Of a stretch of DNA of 56,068 bases, positions 1 through 9,848 are shown piece after piece. This DNA comes from Verrucomicrobiales bacterium (GTDB taxonomy: Bacteria; Verrucomicrobiota; Verrucomicrobiia; Verrucomicrobiales; V1-33). The notes under the pieces are model-generated. The model was given only the letters and a program-made list of their open reading frames with translations. It had not been told where the DNA came from and made no database searches. Both the position numbers and the translations under genes were made by a program. Location of the stretch: positions 1 through 56,068 of the forward strand of contig JANOAV010000031.1 in NCBI GenBank assembly GCA_031411295.1, in the 5' to 3' direction. Within the stretch, counting starts at the first letter, position 1. Each line of letters starts with the position of its first letter.

Positions 1-3
1 CGG

Positions 4-604
4 ATGAACGCGACGCTGGAGGCGATGGCGCGGGCGCTGTTCCAGAGCTGGTTCGTGGATTTCGACCCCGTCCGCGCCAAACTGGATCCGCCTGCCCCCT
101 TCCCCAGCCCGCTCCTCAGGCGACGGACGGACTTTTGTCCACTGCTGATAAAACTCTCTCCGTCTCGGATAAAACTCTGTCCGTCTCGGATAAAACTCTC
201 TCCGTCTCGGACAAAACTCTCTCCGCCACGGACAAAACTCTTTCCGCCACGGACAAAACTCTCGCCGGCTCGGACAAAACTCTCTCGGTCACGAATAAAG
301 CCGTTTCCGAGGCTGAAAAGACCCATTTTTACGCGGAAACGCCCATTTCCATCGCAGAGAAGGCTCTTTCCGCTGCCAAAGCTAGCCTGCCGGAAGCCGC
401 CGCCCTCTTACCCGCTGCCTTCGAAGACTCACCGCTGGGCCACATTCCCAAAGGCTGGACGGCGCAACGCTTGCCCGACGCCATCGACGTGAATCCACGC
501 CGCTCATTGAAGAGCCGAACCAACCGCCCTACCTCGACATGAAAAACCTACCGACACAGGGTCATTGCGCCGATGAAGTGATTGACCGAGAATTTAGTTC
601 TGGC
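4..604 (+). pseudogene. hsdS: Type I restriction-modification specificity subunit (HsdS) remnant, frameshifted and interrupted by a tandem-repeat insert
   Basis: [26 protein letters not shown] (4-81) and [20 protein letters not shown] (~397-459) are the conserved HsdS central region but lie in different frames. MKNLPTQGH..REFSSG (539-604) looks like the start of a TRD and then breaks off. Confidence 0.75.
148..315 (+). repeat. 21-bp tandem repeat, about 7-8 copies (consensus AYAAAACTCTCTCCGYCWCGG, encoding DKTLS[VA][ST])
   Basis: Units start at 148, 169, 190, 211, 232, 253 and 274, with a degenerate unit at 295. Confidence 0.95.
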
Positions 605-607
605 AAA

Positions 608-1050
<443 letters not shown>

Positions 1051-1405
1051 GGCGGGCTTTCCTACGGAGGGACGCAGGAAACTGGGAGGCGGCTCAGGGG
1101 CACCAGCGGTCAACCTTAGGTTCTCTGGAGGAACGCCCCGAACCCATTCGGTTCTCCGCAGGGTGTGACCTACCCAGAAAAGGGGCAAGAAGTTTTTGTT
1201 TCCTTATTGTCACTTGGGGCGTTTTAGCTTGCCATTGCCAAAGAAATCTTTCAGACTCGACCGGGCGGTGGGGAAATATTTCCATCGACATCCCCATAAA
1301 CCAATTGATCGCACATTAGTTTTCTGCCCCGAGGAAACGTCCACAAGCCACCTTATCGCGTTCCCCACCCGATAATCTCCTTTTAAATTTACCAGAAATC
1401 GACTC

Positions 1406-4400
1406 ATGAAAATCAACCGCCAAATCCTGTTACTCGTCGCGTCCGCCACCAGCATTTTCGGACTTACAAAACCCACCGCGCAGGCGGCAACTTACTACTG
1501 GGATAACAACGGAGCCACCGCTGGTTTCGGCACGGCAACCGGCACTTGGGCCGCACCGACGACCAATAACGCCACGCAGGGATGGAGCACGGACGCGACC
1601 GGTGCGACTCTGCCTTCCGGCACCACCACCGTCGCCACCGCAGACTCTGAGAATTTTGGCACCGCCACGGTGGGGCTCGCAGCGGGCACGGTTACCGTCA
1701 GCGGCACGGTTACTCCCGGCAATATTACTTTCGGATCTGCCTCAGGCGCCATCATTCTCTCTGGGGGCACTATGAACATGGGGGCCAGCCAGATCATTGT
1801 GAACAATGCCTCCGACACCATTTCCTCTGTGCTCGGTGGCGCCAACGCCTTGACCAAGGCTGGCACGGGCACACTGATTCTGACTGGTGCCAGCACTAGG
1901 ACAGCGGCTCTCACCATCAGCGCGGGCACATTGCAAGTTGGTAATGGGGGTGCCACCGGCTCGCTAACCGGCACGGCCTCGATCGCCAACAGTGGCACGT
2001 TGATTTACAATTTGAGTAGCAACCTAACTGTGAGCTACGTCACAAGCGGTGCTGGCGCGCTGACCAAACAAGGCACCGGTGTCCTCACTCTCTCCGGGGC
2101 GAACACTTACACGGGAGCGACAAATGTCAACGCAGGGACCTTGGCGTTTACCGGTAACCGCACAGCGGTCATGGGGGGGATTGTGGATGTCCTCGGTGGC
2201 GGTGCCATTTTAAATATCAGCGGCAATTTGCCCATGGGTGCCCAGCAACTGCGGGTGGGCAGCGGGACTACCACCACTGGCACGATTAACCAGACGGCAG
2301 GCGCAGTCACTTTTACCAGTGGCAATCAGCTCACGGTAGGAACCACCTCCACCAGTCAAGGAATCTACAATCTGAGCGGGGGAACCTTCACTACGGGAGC
2401 CCAAGCAAATCGGGGCATCCTCGTGGGCACTAATGCCAGTTGTGACGGTATTTTTAATCTCAGTGGCAGCGGGGCGCTCACAGTGGCCAGCGGTTCGTCA
2501 TTGCACATCGGTCGCAGTGAAGCCGTGGCCGCCATCGGTGCGAAGGGAACCTTCAATCAGACAGGCGGCACCGCTACCGTTTCCGACCTGCGGATGGGAG
2601 GACTCTCTGCTGCGACCAATGCCAATCAAGTTGCTGCGCTGAATCTGTCCGGTGGCACGTTTACGGTCACCAGCTTCACGAACCTCTCAGGGGGGGATAA
2701 CAGCGTCTCGACCATCAACCTCAGTGGCACCGCCGACGTGACGCTGCCAGCGTTCCCCACGACCCGCGGGACTGGCGCGACGGCCACCATCACTTTCAAC
2801 GGCGGGACCCTGAGGGCAGCCGGACCGAGCGCGGCCTATTTGGGTGGTGCTGCCACCAGCGCCTTAATCAAAGCGGGCGGTGCCAGCTTTAACGTAGGCA
2901 CTGGAAACGATATTACCCTCACGACACCTCTGCTCACCGATGGGGTCTCCCTCGGTGGCGGACTGACCAAGTCTGGCAACGGGACCCTCATGCTCTCCGG
3001 TGCCAACACCTACACCGGGTCCACGACTGTCAACGCCGGAACGTTGACCCTGGACTATGCGACGCAGAACAACAGCAAGCTCTCCGACACCTCGGCGCTA
3101 GTGCTCAGCGGCGGAACTCTCAATCTGAGTGGCGGGAGTCACACGGAAGTGGTGGCCTCAACCACCCTCACCGCCAACACCATTTCCAATGTGACCAGCA
3201 CCGCTCCAGGGTCGGTGTTGCAGATGGGCACCATCACTCCGAATGCAGGCGCTTCCGTCAACTTCGGAGCCAGCAACATCGCCACCACGAACAACACGAA
3301 TACGAACGGCATTATCGGCTACTGGGCGACGGTGGGGGGCAGCGATTGGGCGGTAAATTCCACGAACTCCGTCAACGGCCCGATCACGGCCTACACGGGT
3401 TACGCGGATGTCCCGCGCCTGACGCCAGGGATTATCGTGGATGGGGCTGCGTCATTTGTTCGCCTTATCGAAGGCACCGGCACTGCTGGCAGCATCACTC
3501 TCGGCTCCGCCATTACGACGATCAATTCGCTGAGCCAAAGCGTCACGGGCGGCAGCAGTGCTGCCACGATCGACCCGGCTGGACAAACCCTCCGTGCCAA
3601 CGCCATCCTCGTAGCGACCGGGGCGGGCGCCCTCACCATTGGCAGCGGGGTCAACAACGGCACGCTAAGCGCTGCCGCAGTCGGAGGAGACCTGACGCTC
3701 GTAAACAGCTCCACCAATGCCTTGACGATCAATTCCGTGATCGCAGACAACACCACGGCCTCCACGCTGACCACCACGGGGTCTGGCACGACGACGTTGC
3801 TCGGCACTAACACCTACACTGGTGCCACCACCATTGCCACAGGCACCCTGCAAATTGGTAACGGCGGCACCACTGGTTCGATTGCCAGCACCTCCGGCGT
3901 CACCAACAACGCGGCGTTGATTTATAACCGCAGCAATGCCCTGAGCGTTGGTTACGCCATCAGCGGCACCGGCAGCCTGACTCAGCAGGGAGCCAACACG
4001 TTGACGCTCACCAATACGAACACCTATACCGGTGCGACGACCATCAGTGCGGGCACCCTGCAAATCGGCAACGGCGGGACCACGGGTTCGATTGCCAACA
4101 CTTCCAGCCTCACCAACAACGCCGCCTTCGTTTACAACCGCACCGACACCCTGAACGTGGGCTATGTCATCAGCGGCACGGGCAGCCTGACCCAGTTGGG
4201 TGCGGGCACCCTGAATCTCACTGCCACGAATACTTTCACCGGCCCCGTGGCTGTTACCGCCGGCACTCTGGCGCTCTCGCCACCGGGGGTGTTAACCATG
4301 GCCAATCTGTTCACCGGGACGGGAACGATCAACGCGAATCCTGCGGCGGCTAGCAATTTGACCTTGAGCGGAGATCTGTCTGGTTTCACGGGCACCATCA

Positions 4401-7400
4401 ACATCGCCACCAATACCGGTGTGGCCAAGTTGGTGCTCGGGGCCACCAGCCCGCTGGGCGCGGGCACGGTGATTAATATTGGAACCGCAGCCACGTGCTA
4501 CCTAGCAGGGGGAACGCAGACCGGGGTCATCATGAATATCTTTGGCACTGGCAACAGCGAAAACCTAGGAGCGCTGCGCACGGACACCGCAACTTTGGAC
4601 AGCACCTCCTCGCTCATCTTGCGGGCCAACGGCTCGGTAGGCGGGAACGGCGCGGCCAACACTGGCACGATCAATGCGCCCATCTCGGAAAGCGGCGGCA
4701 GTTTCTCCCTCACGAAGCAGGGCGGGGCTACCACCGTGTTGGGCGGCACCAATACTTATACTGGTGGGACCATCATCAGTGCGGGCGTCCTGCGATTCAA
4801 AGGGAACGCCACGCTGCCAGCGGCATCGCAAATCAGCCTCGGCTCGGCCACCCTTCAGTATCTTGACGATGGTGCCGGCAGTAACGGCACAATTTCCCGG
4901 ACGGGTAGCGGCATCACTCTTTCACTGGCATCCACGACCGACACCATTGACGTGGGCAACAACGGCAGTGCCAATACGGGCAACACCGTCGCCTTTGGCG
5001 CGCTGAACAACGGCACCCCATTGAACGCTTTTGCCAGCACGATCAACTTCACCGGTTCCAATGGTTATCTGCAAAGTTATACCAGTCTTGGACTCACCGG
5101 TTTGACAGGCGGCAACACGACCCTGAACCCCACGACCACGGCGGTTACCATCCTTGGCAATGTCACGAATCAGGAGTCGGGCACGCTGACCGCTCACTTC
5201 GATACACTCACCCTCGGCGGCACCAGCATTGGCAATGCCATCAACGGCGTCATTTCCGACGCTGTCGGTTATGTCGGTCCGGTAGGCAATGGCGATACCC
5301 GGATCACCAAGTCCGGCACCAGCACGTGGACCTTGGCGGGCCCGAGCACCTACAGCGGTGTCACGACGATCTCTGCCGGCGTGCTCCGGATTGCTAATGG
5401 ATTGGCCCTCGGTAACGCCACGAGCGGCACCACGGTGGCCAGCGGGTCGACCCTTGAAATCGACGGCACCGCCAGCCCTGTGCTTGTGGGTGCGGAAGCA
5501 CTTTCCATCAACGGCGGCGGAGTCACGCTCCCAGTCGCCAACTTGGGTGCGCTGCGCAACATTGCCGGCAATAATAATTACAGCGGGACGGTTACGCTGA
5601 CCGCGCAATCGCGCATTAACTCCGACAGCGGCACCCTCACCCTGGACAACCCGACTGCTGTGACTGGTGCCTTTAACCTCGTCGTTGGTGGAGCTGGCAA
5701 CATCACAATCTCGGGCGCCATCGCGACCACGACGGGATTTGTCTCCAAAGACGGCGCTGGGACCGTGACCCTCTCTGGCGCAAACACCTACACTGGTGCG
5801 ACGAGCGTCAGCGCTGGCACCCTGGTTATCTCCGGTTCTCCGACCGGTAACAGCGCGCCATCCGTCAATGGCGGCACGCTGCAACTGGACTACTCCACGA
5901 ACAATACCAGCAAGATTAATGACTCCGCTATCCTGACTCTGGGCGGTGGCACCGTCGATCTGACTGGTGGTGATCACACGGAATTCGTGGCCTCGACCAC
6001 GCTCACCGCCGGCACTGCCTCCACCGTGACGCGCAGTGCAGGCAACTCCGTTTTGCAGATGGGCCTCATCAACCGCAATGCAGGGGCTTCGATCAATTTC
6101 GGTGCCGCCGGTATTGCCACCACGGACACGCTCAATAATGCCAACGGGATCATTGGTTCGTGGGCGACGATTGGAGGCACCGACTGGGCGGTTAATTCCA
6201 CGAATGGTTTAGGCGGCCTGATCACCGCGCCTGCCTATGTGGATGTGCCACGTTTATCACCCGGGACCATCGCTGACAGTTCACTCAGCAACGTCCGGAT
6301 CATCGAAGGTAGCGGTGCTCCAGGCAGCATCCTCCTCGGAGCCGCCACCACCACGATCAGCACGCTCAATCAAAGCGCCACCGGCGGGACTAGTGCTGCG
6401 GTGATCGATCCAGCGGGCCAGACCCTTGCCGCCAACGCCATCCTCGTGGGCGGCGGGGCGGGAGCGTTGACCATTGGCACCGGGACCAATAACGGCACTC
6501 TGAGGACTGCCACCGCAGGCGGTGACCTGGTGCTAACCAACAGCACAGCGAATGGCCTGACCATCAATTCCGTGATTGCCGACAACACCTCTGCTTCAAC
6601 CCTGACCAAACTGGGCACCGGCACCGCAACCCTAACCAGCGCCAACACCTACACCGGAGCGACGAATGTCGCGGCGGGCACCTTGGTGCTCGGTAATGCG
6701 GGGGCGCTCGGAACCGGCACCCTCACCCTTCAGGGCGGCGGCTTGGACAGTTCCGTTGCCAACCTCGTCAACGCCAACAACAACCTGCAGGCTTGGAACG
6801 GTAATTTCGCGTTTGTCGGAACCCAGAACCTCGACCTCGGGACTGGAGCGGTAACCTTAAGTGCCACCAGCCAGGTCACCGTGAGCGCAAACACCTTGGC
6901 GGTCGGAGGCGACGTGAGCGGTGCCTTTGGGGTGACCAAGGCGGGACCGGGCTCGTTACTCTTCAGCGGCGTCAACACCTACACCGGTGCCACCACCGTC
7001 AGTGCTGGCACGCTGACACTTTCCGGGGCTCGCACGGCTGCTGCTACGGGTGGCGTTAATCTTGGAAATGTTGGGGGCAGCACGGGGACGCTGAACGTCA
7101 CGAACGGCACGTTTACGGTGGGGACTGCTGGTTCGAATTTCCTGGTAGGTAACGCCGTCGGCGGGATCGGGATCTTGAATCAATCCGGCGGCAGTCTGAC
7201 GACGATAGGTAATCAATTGCTCATCGGTAACAATGGTGGAGTCGGGATCTACAACCTGAGCGGCGGCACCCTCACCACCATCGCTGGTTCGCTGGGGGTA
7301 ACGGTGGGCGTCAATACCGACAGCACTGCTACCTTTAACCTAAGCGGGGCGGGCATACTGAGCATGCCCGCCACCTCTACCCTTCAAATCACGCGGTCTG

Positions 7401-9493
7401 ACAACTCTGCGGCCTCGAACGTGACCGGGACGTTTAACCAGACGGGCGGCACCGCCACCGTGGGGATTCTGCAGATGGGTGGTTCGAACACCACCCCCGC
7501 CAACAATGCCAACGCCAAGGCGGCACTGAATCTCTCGGGCGGAACCTTCGCAGCTACCACCTTCAACCAACTCTCCGGTGCCAACACGAGTGTTTCCGTC
7601 ATCAACATTAGTGGCACGGCTGATGTGACGCTCCCCGCCTTCCCAACCGCTCGCGGCACCGGGGCGACCGCAACGGTTACCTTTGACGGTGGCAAACTAA
7701 GATCGGCTGCGGCTAGCGCTACTTTTATGGGTGGCCTGACCAGTGCCTTCATTAAAGCAGGCGGTGCCAACATCGAAATTGCCAGCGGGCGGGACATTAC
7801 CATCACCCAAGCACTGCTGGCGGATCCGGTCTCGACCGGTGGCGGCCTCATCAAGAGTGGCGACCCCACCATTGGCACCAGCCTGACACTAACCGGTGCC
7901 AACACGTATACAGGCGGCACGACGATCAATGCGGGACGCATCAGCGTCAGCACTGCCGCCCCGCTTTCCACCGGCACCATCACCATTAACGGCAATTCGA
8001 CAGTGGGAGGCCAGCTTTTCGTGAGCGGAACCCCGACTATCACCAACAACTTCATCATTTCCGGAGTTGGCTTTCCTGATACCGTCACCACCCCGAACAC
8101 GGGCCGCGGCGGAGCGATCCGGGCGGGAACGGGGCAGACGTTCAGCGGGATGATGACCCTCGCGGCAGATTCGCGGTTCGGGGTCATTGCCGGAATCACC
8201 GCCAACACTATTAACGGGCAGATCACCGGGCCCTTCGCCATGGACTTTTATGGCGGACTTACCGCGAATGCTGCCACGCAGACGTTCACTCTCGCAAACA
8301 CTGGGACCCCCAGCGACTATAGCGGCAACACTTCGATCACCTCAATCGACTTTGGTGCCGCCCGGACCGGCGGCAAAGCCATCCTCAGATTAGGTGCGGG
8401 CGAGCAGGTTCCCCATGGCGCTGGCAAAGGTAACCTGGTCTTCAACGGAGCCGATACGGACCACCAAGCTATCTTGGAATTGAACGGCTTCAACGAGACG
8501 GTCAATGGAGTCTCCAACGTCGCAGCAACCGGTGCTATCATCCGTAATACTACGGTAGGAGCATCCACCCTGACGATTGGCGACGCCGACACGACGAGTT
8601 CCTTCTCTGGGGTCGTCTCCGACGGCGGAGCTACCGCCACATTGGGGCTCAACAAAATCGGCACCGGCACCTTCACCCTCACCGGTGCGAACCTTTACAC
8701 CGGCAACACCGCGGTCAGCGCGGGCACGCTCGATCTCGCGGACAACGCCCAACTCAAGTTCGTCCTCGGTGCCTCTGGCGTCAATAATGCCATCACCGGC
8801 AGTGGCACCGTGATCCTCAACGGGGACTTCGTCATTGACACCGCGGCCGCCGACGCCCTCTCGTTCGGTTCCTGGACCTTGGAAAATGTCACCAGCCTTC
8901 CTGGTGCCTACGGGGCCACCTTCTCCGTCGTCGGCTTTACCGATGCCGGCAACAACAAGTGGACCAAGGCGAACGGGGCCAAGACCTACACCTTCGACGA
9001 AACCACTGGCATCCTGACCCTGACCCAGCCCGGCTACACCGCATGGATCAACAGTTTCTTCCCTGGTGAAACGAACCCGTTGATCATCGGGGCCAGTGCC
9101 GACCCGGATGGTGATGGCATCTCCAACGCTGTCGAAATGGTCCTTGGCGGCAACCCTGCCACCGGCATGGACAGCGCCTTGCTGCCAACCATCGAGCTGG
9201 TGACCAATCCCGTCAGCATTCCCGCCATTCCGGCTGGCAATTACATCCTCTTCACCTATCGTCGCACTGACCTCTCCGTTGCTGGCGGAGTGACGGCGGA
9301 TTGTGAAACGGACACTGATCTGCTCGGCACGTGGACGGCAGCAACCGGAGCCCCCGGCGTGATAATCCAAGTGGACGACAACTACGGATCCTTCATCCCA
9401 CCGGCCACAGCGAACACGGACCGCGTGCGCGTGTATGTGCCAAACGGTGCCAACTCCAGAATCTTCGGCCGCCTCTCTGTCGTGGTTCCCTGA
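1406..9493 (+). CDS. Giant secreted autotransporter-associated beta-strand repeat protein (2695 aa, putative adhesin/surface protein)
   Basis: Signal peptide ending AQA. G/T/N/S-rich, with many LTKxGxGTLxLxGANTYTGxTxVxAGTL passenger-associated repeats. C-terminal DPDGDG..N..E..G..P and terminal FGRL motifs. Confidence 0.9.
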   Translation: MKINRQILLLVASATSIFGLTKPTAQAATYYWDNNGATAGFGTATGTWAAPTTNNATQGWSTDATGATLPSGTTTVATADSENFGTATVGLAAGTVTVSGTVTPGNITFGSASGAIILSGGTMNMGASQIIVNNASDTISSVLGGANALTKAGTGTLILTGASTRTAALTISAGTLQVGNGGATGSLTGTASIANSGTLIYNLSSNLTVSYVTSGAGALTKQGTGVLTLSGANTYTGATNVNAGTLAFTGNRTAVMGGIVDVLGGGAILNISGNLPMGAQQLRVGSGTTTTGTINQTAGAVTFTSGNQLTVGTTSTSQGIYNLSGGTFTTGAQANRGILVGTNASCDGIFNLSGSGALTVASGSSLHIGRSEAVAAIGAKGTFNQTGGTATVSDLRMGGLSAATNANQVAALNLSGGTFTVTSFTNLSGGDNSVSTINLSGTADVTLPAFPTTRGTGATATITFNGGTLRAAGPSAAYLGGAATSALIKAGGASFNVGTGNDITLTTPLLTDGVSLGGGLTKSGNGTLMLSGANTYTGSTTVNAGTLTLDYATQNNSKLSDTSALVLSGGTLNLSGGSHTEVVASTTLTANTISNVTSTAPGSVLQMGTITPNAGASVNFGASNIATTNNTNTNGIIGYWATVGGSDWAVNSTNSVNGPITAYTGYADVPRLTPGIIVDGAASFVRLIEGTGTAGSITLGSAITTINSLSQSVTGGSSAATIDPAGQTLRANAILVATGAGALTIGSGVNNGTLSAAAVGGDLTLVNSSTNALTINSVIADNTTASTLTTTGSGTTTLLGTNTYTGATTIATGTLQIGNGGTTGSIASTSGVTNNAALIYNRSNALSVGYAISGTGSLTQQGANTLTLTNTNTYTGATTISAGTLQIGNGGTTGSIANTSSLTNNAAFVYNRTDTLNVGYVISGTGSLTQLGAGTLNLTATNTFTGPVAVTAGTLALSPPGVLTMANLFTGTGTINANPAAASNLTLSGDLSGFTGTINIATNTGVAKLVLGATSPLGAGTVINIGTAATCYLAGGTQTGVIMNIFGTGNSENLGALRTDTATLDSTSSLILRANGSVGGNGAANTGTINAPISESGGSFSLTKQGGATTVLGGTNTYTGGTIISAGVLRFKGNATLPAASQISLGSATLQYLDDGAGSNGTISRTGSGITLSLASTTDTIDVGNNGSANTGNTVAFGALNNGTPLNAFASTINFTGSNGYLQSYTSLGLTGLTGGNTTLNPTTTAVTILGNVTNQESGTLTAHFDTLTLGGTSIGNAINGVISDAVGYVGPVGNGDTRITKSGTSTWTLAGPSTYSGVTTISAGVLRIANGLALGNATSGTTVASGSTLEIDGTASPVLVGAEALSINGGGVTLPVANLGALRNIAGNNNYSGTVTLTAQSRINSDSGTLTLDNPTAVTGAFNLVVGGAGNITISGAIATTTGFVSKDGAGTVTLSGANTYTGATSVSAGTLVISGSPTGNSAPSVNGGTLQLDYSTNNTSKINDSAILTLGGGTVDLTGGDHTEFVASTTLTAGTASTVTRSAGNSVLQMGLINRNAGASINFGAAGIATTDTLNNANGIIGSWATIGGTDWAVNSTNGLGGLITAPAYVDVPRLSPGTIADSSLSNVRIIEGSGAPGSILLGAATTTISTLNQSATGGTSAAVIDPAGQTLAANAILVGGGAGALTIGTGTNNGTLRTATAGGDLVLTNSTANGLTINSVIADNTSASTLTKLGTGTATLTSANTYTGATNVAAGTLVLGNAGALGTGTLTLQGGGLDSSVANLVNANNNLQAWNGNFAFVGTQNLDLGTGAVTLSATSQVTVSANTLAVGGDVSGAFGVTKAGPGSLLFSGVNTYTGATTVSAGTLTLSGARTAAATGGVNLGNVGGSTGTLNVTNGTFTVGTAGSNFLVGNAVGGIGILNQSGGSLTTIGNQLLIGNNGGVGIYNLSGGTLTTIAGSLGVTVGVNTDSTATFNLSGAGILSMPATSTLQITRSDNSAASNVTGTFNQTGGTATVGILQMGGSNTTPANNANAKAALNLSGGTFAATTFNQLSGANTSVSVINISGTADVTLPAFPTARGTGATATVTFDGGKLRSAAASATFMGGLTSAFIKAGGANIEIASGRDITITQALLADPVSTGGGLIKSGDPTIGTSLTLTGANTYTGGTTINAGRISVSTAAPLSTGTITINGNSTVGGQLFVSGTPTITNNFIISGVGFPDTVTTPNTGRGGAIRAGTGQTFSGMMTLAADSRFGVIAGITANTINGQITGPFAMDFYGGLTANAATQTFTLANTGTPSDYSGNTSITSIDFGAARTGGKAILRLGAGEQVPHGAGKGNLVFNGADTDHQAILELNGFNETVNGVSNVAATGAIIRNTTVGASTLTIGDADTTSSFSGVVSDGGATATLGLNKIGTGTFTLTGANLYTGNTAVSAGTLDLADNAQLKFVLGASGVNNAITGSGTVILNGDFVIDTAAADALSFGSWTLENVTSLPGAYGATFSVVGFTDAGNNKWTKANGAKTYTFDETTGILTLTQPGYTAWINSFFPGETNPLIIGASADPDGDGISNAVEMVLGGNPATGMDSALLPTIELVTNPVSIPAIPAGNYILFTYRRTDLSVAGGVTADCETDTDLLGTWTAATGAPGVIIQVDDNYGSFIPPATANTDRVRVYVPNGANSRIFGRLSVVVP

Positions 9494-9546
9494 TCGACTG
9501 ATTGGCTTGGTAGCCAAGCAGCTACCAGCATCTGATCCTCGCGAAA

Positions 9547-9586
9547 GGCGCGGCGGGTTCCATCCGGCCGCGCCATTCGTATTTAT
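9547..9586 (+). terminator. Probable intrinsic terminator hairpin
   Basis: GGCGCGGCGGG-loop-CCGGCCGCGCC followed by AT-rich sequence, about 50 nt after the stop codon. Confidence 0.55.
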
Positions 9587-9848
9587 GGCAAAAAGGGATT
9601 CAAGCCGCTGATGAATGTGCCAAGCTCACTGCCGACTGTGGCAGCAGTCCGCTGGGCTGCGCTGCATCAAGCCCGTGCAGCCCAGCGGGCAGCACCACAT
9701 TCGTTTGCCTCCATGCTTTCCTCCACTTAAAAGCGGGACACCAACGGTTAGGGTGGCTTCAACAGATAAAATTGTTTGCCACTCGGCTCAGCCCACCCAC
9801 CTTGCAGCCCTCCGGCATTCATCCATCCTCCATCATCCCTCCTCAATT

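Noticed and set aside
1495..9517. Many long antisense ORFs over the giant gene, and similar ones over other CDSs
   Set aside because: Shadow ORFs expected from GC-rich codon bias.
9615..9848. N-terminal extension of RecQ
   Set aside because: Low-complexity, non-homologous-looking sequence; likely intergenic.
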